Position numbers and translations under genes: made by a program. Positions 1 to 11,429 of a stretch of 64,000 nucleotides of DNA are shown piece after piece. Source of the stretch: Chrysomallon squamiferum (lineage: Eukaryota > Animalia > Mollusca); the NCBI GenBank assembly GCA_012295275.1, contig CM022671.1, positions 10,354,001 through 10,418,000 on the forward strand, in the 5' to 3' direction. The stretch's first letter is position 1; each line of letters opens with the position of its first letter. The notes below the pieces were generated by a model. The model was not told the origin of the DNA, made no database searches, and was given only the letters and a program-made list of their open reading frames with translations.

Positions 1-2139
1 GCAGTAAAACAAACAGAAGACATTCATTAGAGAAACATTGTAGCACGGCAAACAGAAGAGATTTATTACAGGAATATGGCAATACAAGAAACAGAAGACA
101 TTCGTTATAGAAACATGGCATTACCACAAACAGATGTAACTCATTACAGGAACATGGCAGTATAAGAAACAGATGTAACTTATTGCAGGAACACGGCAGT
201 ACAACTAGCAGAAGAGAATCATTAAATGAACATTGCAAGAAAGAAAAGACATTCATTACAGGAACATGTCAGTACAACACACAGAAGATATTCATTACAG
301 GAACATCTGAGTACAACAAACAGAAGACACTGATCACTGGAACATGGCAGTAGAACAAACAGAACACATTCATCACAGGAAGATGACTGTAGAACAAAAT
401 GAAGACCTTCGTTACAGGAATATGACTTCAATAAACAGACGACAGTCATTACAGGAACATGACAGTACAAGAAACCAAAATCACTCATTGCACGACAGTA
501 CAAGAAACAGAAGACATTGGTGACAAGGACATGGCAATACAATAAAGAGAAAACAGTCATTACAGGATGATGACACTACAAAAAACTGAAGACCTTCGTT
601 AAAGGAACATGGCAGTACGACAAACAGAACACATTCATTACAGTAACATGGCAGTACAAGAAACCGAACACAGTCATTACAGGAACATTACAGTACAAGA
701 AAGACAAGACCATCGTTACAGGAACATGGCAGTACAACAAACAGAAGATATTCATTAGAGAAACATGGCTGTAGAGCAAACAGAAGACATTCATTAGGGG
801 AACATGGCAGTAGAGCAAACAGAAGACAGTCATAACAGGAAGATGGCTGCACAACAAACAGAAGAGATTCTTTACAGGAACATGGCAACAAACAGAAGAC
901 ATTGATTAGAGAAACATGGCTGTAGAGCAAACAGAAGACAGTCATTAGAGAAACATGGCAGTAGAGCAAACAGAAGACATTCGTTAGGGAACATGGCAGT
1001 AGAGCAAACAGAAGACAGTGATTACAGGAAGATGGCTGCACAACAAACACAATAGATTCTTTATACGAACATGGCAGTACAACAAACAGAAGACATTCTT
1101 TACAGGAACATTGCAACAAAGAGAAGAGATTCATTACTGGAACATGTCAATAAACCAAACAAAAGGCACTCATTGCATGAACAGGGTGGTACAACAAACA
1201 GAAGACATTCATTACAAGAACATCTCAGTAAAGCAAACAGAAGACGCTCATTAAAGGAAGATGGCAATAGAACAAACAGAAGACACTCATTACAGGAACA
1301 TCTCAGTTCAAAAATGAGAAGACGCTCATTATAGGAAGATGGCAATAGAACAAACAGAAGACACTCATTATAGGAAGATGGCAGTAGAACGAACAGAAGA
1401 CATTTATTACATTTCAAGAAAGAGAAGACAGTCAATAAAGGTACATGGCAGTACAACACACAGAGGACATTCATTACAGGAACAACTCAGTACAACAAAC
1501 AGAAGACACTGAGTACATTAACATGGCAGTGCAACAAACAGAAGACATTCATTAGAGAAACATGGCAGTAAAGCAAACAGAAAAAAATTAATTACAGGAA
1601 CATATCAGTAAAACAAACAGAAGGCACTCATTACACGAACAAGGCGGTACATCAAAGAGAAGACACGCGTTACAGTACAATTGCATTACAACAAACAGAA
1701 GACATTCATTACAGGAACATCTCAGTACAACACACTGGAGATATTGATCACAGGAACAGCACAACAAACAGAAGGCACTCATTATAGGAAAATGGCAGTA
1801 GAACAAACAGAAGACTGTCATTACAGAAACATGAAAGTACAACAAAGAGAAAACATTGAATACAGGAACATGACAGTACAACAAATAGAAGACATTCATT
1901 GCAGGAATATCTCAGTAGAACAAACAGAAGACATTCATTACAGTACCATGGCAGTACAACAAACAGAAGATATTCATTACAGGAACAACTCAGTACAACA
2001 AAGAGAAGAGATTGATCTTTGGAACACGGCACTTCAAGAAACAGAAGACACTCATTACAGTAACATGGCAGTACAACAAACAGAAGAATGTCAATACAGG
2101 ATCATGACAGTACAACAAACAGAGGACAGTCATTACAGG
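1..2139. repeat. Diverged tandem minisatellite, ~39-bp unit (consensus CATTCATTACAGGAACATGGCAGTACAACAAACAGAAGA); runs off the window start
   Basis: Unit read directly from the sequence. The 13-aa periodicity (EDIHYRNMAVQQT) in ORF 1681..2181 matches 39 bp. Confidence 0.95.
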
Positions 2140-3080
2140 TTTTGTTCTTTTTTTGTAATATCCATGCACTGGATAGAATGATCTGACTTAGTTGTTTTGT
2201 TGTAATATCCATGCACTGGATAGCATGATCTGTCTTAGTTGTTTTGTTATAATATCCATGCACTGGATAACATGATCTGACTTAGTTGTTTTGATGTAAT
2301 ATCCATGCACTGGATGGCATGATCTGACTTAGTTGTTTTGTTTTAATATCCATGCACTGGATAACATGATCTGACTTAGTTGTTTTGTTGTAATATCCAT
2401 ACACAGGATAGCATGATCTGACTTAGTTGTTTTGTTGTAATATCCATGCACAGGATAGCATGATCTGACTTAGTTGTTTTGTTGTAATATCCATGCACTG
2501 GATAGCATGATCTGACTTAGTTGTTTTGTTGTAATATCCATGCACTATATAACATGATCTGACTTAGTTGTTTTGTTGTAATATCCATGCACTGGATAGC
2601 ATGATCTGACTTAGTTGTTTTGTTGTAATATCCATGCACTGGATAACATGATCTGACTTAGTTGTTTTGTTGTAATATCCATCCATGCATGGATACAGTT
2701 GTTTTGACTTAGTTGTTTTTTGTTGTAATATCCATGCACTGGATAACATTATCTGACTTAGTTGTTTTGTTGTAATATCCATGCACTGGATAGCATGATT
2801 GACTTAGTTTGACTGACTTAGTTGTTTTGTTGTAATATCCATGCAGTGGATAGCATGATCTGACTTAGTTGTTTTGTTGTAATATCCATGCACTGGATAG
2901 CATGATCTGACTTAGTTGTTTTGTTGTAATATCCATGCACAGGATAACATGATCTGACTTAGGTTGTTTTGTTGTAATATCCATGCACTGGATAACATGA
3001 TCTGACTTAGGTTGTTTTGTTGTAATATCCATGCACTGGATAACATGATCTGACTTAGTTGTTTTGTTGTAATATCTGCA
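2140..3080. repeat. Homogeneous tandem minisatellite, 47-bp unit (GTTGTTTTGTTGTAATATCCATGCACTGGATAGCATGATCTGACTTA), about 20 copies
   Basis: Near-identical units read directly. Each unit contains the inverted repeat TATCCA-tgcac-TGGATA. Confidence 0.95.
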
Positions 3081-3357
3081 CATTACATAACAGTATCTGA
3101 TTTAAGATGACCATTTTATAGGAATGTGAAATTTAGGATTTTGTTAATAACAGTTTATGACTGACATTGTCTTGTTTGTTAGTGGTGGGGTTTTTATTTT
3201 CGGTTGTCTACATATTGCATAGCAGTAACTAAATTAGTTTGTTATTCCTTGAGTAGGAAATGTAACAATCTGATTTAGCTTGTTTTGTATTGAAATTATC
3301 TATCAGTATGCTGTCAGTCAGTCTTTCTCTTATTTTCACTTGAATTTTTACTTTCAG

Positions 3358-3958
3358 TTAGTATTTGTGTGTGAAGAATCTACAAAGACACACCTTCAGT
3401 TCATGTGCAACCTTGTGAGAAAACAACAGAACCAGATTACCCAACTGTGTGCTGCTGTGCATGCTGTCACGCATGTCACAGACGGAACCTTCATCTGGAA
3501 GATTTCCAACTACAAGGCCAAATACATAGAAGCTTGTTATAAGAACAGTAAGAAGGAGCTTGTCAGTCAGCCATTTTACACGTCGCAATTCGGCTACAAA
3601 GCTGCATTGTCTGTGTTTCTTAATGGAAATGGTCAAGGAGAAGAGAAGTTTCTGTCAGTCTATATCAGACTGTTACCTGGTGAATATGACAATATCCTAG
3701 ACTGGCCTTTCATGCTGCCAGTTTCATTCACACTGTATGACCAGTTCAATGGCCCGGACTTCAGAGCTAATATCACAGAAAGTTTCGTTCCAGATCCTAC
3801 ATGGAAGCATTTTCAGAAACTATGTAAAGACATTGAATCCCTGGGATTTGGTTATCCAAAGTTTGTGTCACATGATATTCTGAAGACCAGAGACTAAATC
3901 AAAGATGACTCAATCATCATCAAAGTTTGTAGATAACAAAAAATTCATCTTGCCATAA
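3358..3958 (+). pseudogene. TRAF4: TRAF4-like terminal exon (coiled coil + MATH/TRAF-C domain), disabled near the C-terminus
   Basis: Acceptor tttttactttcag|3358. Translation contains DGTFIWKI, PFYTSQFGYK, FLNGNGQG, LSVYIRLLPGEYDNILDWPF, FVPDPTWKHFQK and LGFGYPKFVSH, all TRAF4-type MATH motifs. TAA at 3895-3897 replaces the Tyr of RDYIKDD. A frameshift follows before VDNKKFILP* (stop 3956-3958). Confidence 0.9.
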
Positions 3959-5373
3959 ACAATGTTTATGCAATAATCTGTTTGCCTGAGTTTACTTAGA
4001 TAACATATATCTAGAAGTCAATAGAAATTAGCTCAGTACCTTAAAGAACTACAACTATGAACATATCACCCATCTAGTTTTGGTTTTTTTTTAACTTCTT
4101 TTTTTTTTTTGCTTGAAAAAAAACACGGAATAATTTTAAAAAAAATGTTTTTAGTGCTGCTACCAAAACATTGTAAAAATAAAACAAAGAAATGATTTTT
4201 GTCTGGTAATTTAAAGTGAATGATTATTAGTTCAAATGCTAATAGAAAATGTGCAAAATATTATAACTGTATATGTTTCATTTGCATCATAGTATTTTGA
4301 ATTATATTAGGAAATTTGAATTACTTGTTGTATTGAACTACAAATTAACAGTGTCATATATCAAGTGTTTTTGATTTGCAGAGTATTCATGTATCATTCA
4401 AACTGGAGTCGTAGAGTTTAAAATCTGAAAGTGGCGTAGTAGCAAAACATTTTGATATTCTTTCATTAGCTCTTCACGTTGGCAGTTAGTCAGTCATGTT
4501 TGGTAATTTTAAGGTGTCATAAATTGTTAGTGCTACTCATGAACAGAATGTAGTGTTATAGCAGTGTACTAACTCCATCATTATTTAATACAATAATACG
4601 AGACTCAACTAGTTTTCCAAAATTTATAATTTCTTTCTTTCTTTTTGTTCAATCATCTTTATCACTGTATACTGATATCCTGCAAAACCGTGTTTAAGTG
4701 CTGAAAAGTTAAATTAATAATAATAATAATAATAATAAGAATAATAGAAACAAATAATAAAGTAGAGATATGATTACTTAAAAGGATAAAATTTGTGTTT
4801 TTGACAATCATTTTATTTTTCCAGTAATGCACTTCTTTCAGCTGGATTATGGGGAAAAAAGAAAAAGAACGACCTGAAATTTCTGAAATAAATTGTTCAT
4901 ATTCACATTTACAAATACAAAGTTTTCAGCATAATGTGTTTAAGAATTGTTTTGATAGGAAATGCTTTTTTGAAATGTAGAGTTATCTTTTTAATATAAT
5001 CTCCCACAGTAATCTTAACACTGAAAAACAATTCTTGCTCTTTCACATGGATGGGATTGTAAATAATGTATTTTGAGATGGTTTGTTAATGTTATTCTAG
5101 TCATTCTTTTTCTTATGTCATTCTTTTCATACCATTGTGAATCTATGTGTTATTAATCCAAAATATTCTAATAAAACTGGCACAAATATAAAAAGAAAGA
5201 AAATGTGAATGACAAATAATAGTGTTTTGTAACTATCTTGGTATTGTTTTATTATAACTTTGCAACAACAATCACATTTTTACTAGGAAACATTGGACGA
5301 TAGACGAAAACATGACATATCAAAATTATTGCAAAATTTAAATTTGATTTCATTTTGATTATATTCTTCTTTC

Positions 5374-5375
<2 letters not shown>

Positions 5376-5412
<37 letters not shown>
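5376..5412. repeat. (TG)n microsatellite
   Basis: Direct read. Confidence 0.95.
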
Positions 5413-5416
<4 letters not shown>

Positions 5417-5909
5417 ACAGCTTTTACATACATATATATATGTTAAAAGCATGAAAATCCAATATTTATTGGAGGTGCTAGGGACAGGGAATCATTTGAA
5501 CCCAATTTGCATAAACTATTTTGATTTGTGCATAACTGAAACCTGTGCAAAACTGTTATTGCAATCATTGGAGGGGAGGTAATTCTTAATACACCAATAT
5601 GTCCACATCTCTACTCATATTGGTTTCCGTAAGAAGCCTTTACTTTCTTATATAAAGAAAAATGAATGTCGTCCTTTACGTAGTCGTAAAAACATAGCAG
5701 TTTAAGTCATAACAAACTTTTCAATTGTTGTTTAAAAAAATAACACATACAAAACTGAAAAAGAATATTTTGGTTTTTATTTATTTCATTATCATTATTA
5801 TTTTATTATTATTATTATCAGTTATCAATTGGGTTATTTCTTTTTAGGGGAGGTGTTATTTTTTTCCTTCCCTTTTTTTTTGTTCGTTGTTTCTTTAATG
5901 TCTATACAA

Positions 5910-6410
5910 TGAATTACAGCATCTGATTCAGGCTTCTTGCTTTTTATTATTATTTTTTTGGGGGTTAATTTGCTTTTAGTATCTGATTGTTATTTGTTGT
6001 CAACACACTGGATTACAGTGTCTGATTCAGCTGTTATGTTTGTATTTTTATTTTTTTATTAATTTATTTTAAATTTTTACTTTACTAATTATTATTATTT
6101 TATTTTTTAAATTATTTTTAACATTACATAGTTTTACAATATCTGATTAAAACTGATATTTTTGGGGGGAGTTTTTATTTATTTATTTATTTATATATAT
6201 ATATCTATTTTGTATTTAATTATTGTTTTTTATTGTTCCTTTTATTATATGATTGTTGTTTTTTATTGTCTATACTGGAAAACATCTGATTCAGGCTTTT
6301 TGGTTTTATTTAATTTCTTTTTATTGTTTTAGGGGTAATTAATTTTTGGTATCTGATTGTTATTTATTGACTACACATGGGATTAAAGTATCTGATTCAG
6401 GCTGCTTCTT
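5910..6410. repeat. Degenerate repeat cluster with core (A/G)TCTGATT(C/G)
   Basis: About 7 copies, e.g. ATTACAGCATCTGATTCAGGC at ~5913, CACTGGATTACAGTGTCTGATTCAG at ~6006 and GGATTAAAGTATCTGATTCAGGC at ~6380. Confidence 0.7.
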
Positions 6411-8421
6411 ATGTATATTTATTAAAGATCCATATTGTATGAAGAGTCCTTAAAAGAAGACAATAATTTATAATTAATTAACAGCAATACATTTTTTAAT
6501 GGATGAAATATGGTAACTTTAAATAAATATTCATCATGTATTTAGATGAAACAGCCCTGATAACCGAAAAAAATAAGAAAAAAGCAAACACTCCAGATTT
6601 ATAGAACCTCTTTAACAGAACATTTATCCATCTTTTTTCCTTTCTTGTTAATGGACATGAAAATGTCTAGCAATATATTCATGATTCTCTTTCTAAATAA
6701 AATGGACTAAGTGAAATAACTCTTACATTCAGACATCATTAAAGGGAGAAGTATCTATATAATGCACAAATTAATAAAATAAAAATGATAAAATAATAAG
6801 AATAAACTAAAATCAACAACAACAACAATAATCAAACAAATACTAAGTAATAATACTGATAAATGAAATCTTTACCATTAGATGTTGTGTTTACACTTAT
6901 TATTTTTAAAATTAAGATAATATTTTGATAGCCTATGTTTCTTTTTCTTTCCTTTTCTTTTCATGACTTAATCTGTAAAATAATAGGATAAGAAATAATT
7001 AAAATATATGATCTGTTCTTGTTATGCATAACAGACTTGGGCTATTTGAAAATAACATTTCAACTTTTGTAAAATACTTTATTTCTTCTTTTAATAGCTT
7101 GATTGATTACTCTTTGATTGTAAATTCCTTCCTAAATGTATATTCAAACAAATGTTATTCATTTCTTCTATGACATTTGTCAGTATGACTTTAAGATCAT
7201 CCCAGTACCAGTCATCAATAGAATAATCGAGTTTGTTGAACATTGATTCATGTTTAATTCATTACATTTTATGAAATATTGTTTATGAATCCCTGAAGTT
7301 GTGTTAGCAACTGACTGACCCAAGGGTATGACTGTTGTCAAGATTGTGAGTCCTCTTAAAATATTTTTATGTACAGTGGTCAGTATTTATTTTTTCTTAA
7401 GTGATTTTAATGTCAGCATGTAGTCTTTCTCCAAACAATGAAACTAATGGTTGATGAATTTGCTTTCAATATTCAATTTCTGTCAGTTCATAAACACATG
7501 AAAAAGCATTGAGTAAAACCATTTGTATTTGTTATTTATAAAATTAAACTCTGTAACCTGAAAATTAATTTATGCACACATAACTATACTAATAACAACA
7601 AACAAGAAATTCAATTAAGCCATTTATTGAAATATTTTCAGTATAACAGTGTAATAGTAAACATGTTTACTGATCAATAAAACCCATAAAAAATGAGCAA
7701 TTTATCACAAAATGTAAGTTATCTGAAGATAATTAAAAATAAATTGTACATTCTCAAAAGTTGCACCATGGTTTTGTATAAACCATTTACATTCAGTAGT
7801 GAATAGCTTTATTTTCATATTAAAAATGAAAATGATGAAAGAAATAATACATCTTATGAGTACTGAAAAAAAAAAATTATTTTCTTTTAATTGTAAATCA
7901 TAATAGTTTATAAAAAAAAATAAAAAATGTTACATAAACCATTCATATTTACTAAGATTGCTTTTGTTTTTAATTCAATAAATATATAAATAAATAAATA
8001 AATAAATAATTGAAGTTTAGAAAGAATATTCATGAGGTATACTAATATAAAATAATTGTATATTATAATGAAGAAATACAAATCACACTTATGAACTCAT
8101 CAACTTTTTCAAAAATTGTTTTATTAAACTTAGTGTAAGTGACATTGATTTCAGTATATCAAAGCTAGACTTCCAGTAATGGAGAAGACATTGAAAATGA
8201 TGCAGTAACAACAAAAAGAGAGAAAAGGGAACTTACTTTTCTAACAAAAGAAAATAATAATAATAATAATAATAATAATGATAATAATAATAATAATAAT
8301 AAAGACAATGATATGATAATAACAAGAACATTCTTAACATTAGTTAACAGTGGTTAACTGTGTCCAGAAAGAGAATCCATTAACTGATTAAGTATTTTGT
8401 TCATGTGTATGTGTTTGTGGG

Positions 8422-8423
<2 letters not shown>

Positions 8424-8490
<67 letters not shown>
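8424..8490. repeat. (TG)n microsatellite
   Basis: Direct read. Confidence 0.95.
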
Positions 8491-8493
<3 letters not shown>

Positions 8494-9299
8494 AATAATT
8501 TAATGATACTAAGATTTTTAGACCATTATTTTTCTGAGTTTGAATTTTTAATGCTATTCCACATTTTTCTCTTCTCTTCTTTCTGTTTTCCTAGTTTTCC
8601 CGTGTCTATACATAAACATTGATGACAACTAAGTTTTTTAGTATGCTGTTTGGAACTAAAACTGTCCAGTAATTTGGACAGTTTTCCTTATTGTTCCTTC
8701 AGAGAATTGTTTATACAGAAAAGGATATTGTAACTTGACTTTCAGTAAGAAAAGCAGAGAGAATTTTTGCAGAAGCTGTTCATTTTCTTGTAACAGATGA
8801 AGAATATTCCTAAAGGAATCCAAAACTGACAGAATTTTGCTGGGACCCATTGATTTACTAACAGAAAGGTGGAAGGAAAATCATTTAAACTTAAAGAATT
8901 GTGTTGCTGAAAAACTTTAACAGTGAATTGAACCAAGAAGTAATTAAAAGACTTTGTAGTGAAAGTAGAGTATTCCCTAGTAACTTTCAGTTCTGGGCAA
9001 AGAGAATGGGGCAGTAATCCTGAATTCCCAGAACAGCAAGTTACTGTAGAACAATATTAAAGAAAGAACGAGCTAAAGAAGGATAGTAAAATGATTTTTG
9101 AATGATCCCAGCAAATGAGCAAGAACCTAGAGAACAGCTTCAAAACATGGCCTCTGCACTCTACTTCGGTTAGTTAACATCCTGTCATGAATATGGCTTT
9201 TTCTTTTTGAGTAGAATTCCATAATTCACTGGTGTGGTATATATCATAAACTATTTTTGAAATCTGATTTTTAAAAAGTGAAATTAAATCTTATCAGAA

Positions 9300-9680
9300 C
9301 ATACTCAGTGTAATGGAAATGACTGCTTAAACTCAGAATTAGACATTGTTGCCATTTCAGAAAAATAGCAAGTACCTAACAGCAGAAAGGAAATTATATC
9401 CACTCATTGCATTTGGCCAATGAAACCTTGCTATGCCAGAAAGGGGCTTAAATTGCGGCTCAGTGTACTGAACCACCTAAAGTAGTTAGCAACAAGATAA
9501 CTCTAGACTTCTATTATAGGGGTCACTAAAGGTACACAAGAATTACTGTCTTTCCAGAAGCAATCATCTTTACAGAATTTCTGTAACACATTTTAGTGAA
9601 AAGAAGTAAATAAAATGATCATACAGTTGGGGAACACAAAATGAGAAAGTTGAATGGGTAAGATCACAGTTTTTATTATG
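9300..9680 (+). mobile_element. Highly decayed non-LTR retrotransposon AP-endonuclease remnant (RTE-like)
   Basis: Manual translation gives LNSELDIVAISE (DIxxxxE motif) near 9330-9363 and KMIIQLGNT (cf. IILGDFN) near 9612-9640. Many stops. Confidence 0.4.
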
Positions 9681-11429
9681 AAGGACTAAATTATCTTAAA
9701 TAAACTAAAAGTTTAATAAAATATTACAATTTATAGAATGAATGAACAAAACTTTACTGATGTATCAGAATGTAATAAGAAAGAGAAAAGTTGACAAACA
9801 ACTCACAGAACACTGACTGGATTTTGAAATGGCTCAGTCAGAGCATTAAGGAATAAACAGGCTTAAATTATCTACTTTAAACTGTGTTCTAGGAAAACAA
9901 CAGGGCACCACCACTGAATTGCCAGAACACAGAAATGAAATAGAAAAATGAGAAAGATAACAGAGTAAGACTGATATTTAAAAATACCGTTGCATCAGAA
10001 AGAAGATGTATCAACATTGCACTGACTTTAGAAAGATGATCATTTAACATAGCAGTGATTTTAGAAAGATGGTCAGTTGAGACTGCAGTTTCTTTCAAAA
10101 GAAGATAGTCAGTTAACATTCCAGTGAGTTTCAAAAGTGATGTTTTGCAAACTTTAACATACCTTCTGTTTCTAACCAGCAAGATGAAATGAAAGAAAAC
10201 AAATTAACATGTTTTCTTGGCTAACTGAATTTTCTATTAAATAATAATAATAATAAAACTAAATTAGGAAAAAGTTTTATGAACATGCTTTACCCAATTT
10301 TCAAAAACACCCAAATGATGAAGTATTCTATAGAATGGAAACTAAAAGATTGAAAATTGACTGTTTCAGTATTCAAGTATTACAATGAAATGAACATATG
10401 CATGTGAACAAAAGCACTTAAAGAATGAGCTCTGGAAAACAAACTGAAATCTCAAAAAATTATTCAAGTTTGATAAAAGAAAATTTATAATGTAAAACAG
10501 GAAAAGTAAGACAAAACAAAAAGCGAAAATGAAAAAGAGGTTACTAATATGAAACTACCTGTCTGTAATCTATGCTACTAATACATTTTACATTTTGACT
10601 TACTATATTATAGGAAATCTGAAATTCAAACCTGAGGTGTGCAAAATGTTTCAAAATAGTAACTTGAGGGTAACTTTTTTTTTTTTTGAAGTTTCAAGAA
10701 CCCATGGGTATAATGGCAACAGTGAAAATACAAATCTAAACATCTTCAATTATTCTGGAAACTAATCAAAGTTTTAACTTTAATGCATAAGTCATGCTAA
10801 TTGCTGGTATGTAACATCATTGATTTTAAATAAGACAAACCTACCCCAAAAGCTTTGGTATTTATTTTCTGAAATTATATGGAAATTACAAAAAATATAT
10901 GTAATAACAAAAATAGATTTGATATTTGTTTTCTTATTTTGTATTTCTCAGTATTAAAATTATTGAGAAAATCACCCAGTTAACAAACAAATGACAAAAA
11001 CTAAAATCTTTAGAGGAAGATGGTAATTTATAATAAATAATTAACAGCAATATATATATTTTTATATTTAATTACTAACAGAAATATGGTTACTTTGAAA
11101 TAATTTTTGATCATTTAATGTGTAAGTACTTAGGAGAAAAAGCCGATATAAAAAAGAAAAAATAATAAAAATTAAATAAAAAAATCCACATTTAAAAAAC
11201 CCTTTAGAAGAACAATTTATATGTGTCTTACTTAGCTCTATCATTATTACTTATTATTTAAAATGAAGGTTAGCTGATGAGAAATCAATTTTTGAAATAT
11301 TTTAACAGGTTCATTTGGAACTAATTCAATTTAGAGTTTTTCATATTTTATAAATTAAATAGTCACTAATTTTATTTATTTTGTTTAATGAAGAATTAAA
11401 TGCACTAAATAAAATACAAGCCAGTTTAG

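Noticed and set aside
2140-3080. CRISPR-like array (palindromic repeat)
   Set aside because: Units are head-to-tail with no unique spacers, there are no cas genes, and the context is eukaryotic.
222-3083. Cys-rich and periodic ORFs in the first 3 kb
   Set aside because: They are translations of 39-bp and 47-bp satellites; stops are scattered in all frames and there is no splice or domain evidence.
11270-11310. Hammerhead ribozyme core (CTGATGA...GAAA), also CTGATGA at ~13024
   Set aside because: No convincing stems I/III or NUH cleavage triplet; expected by chance in AT-rich DNA.
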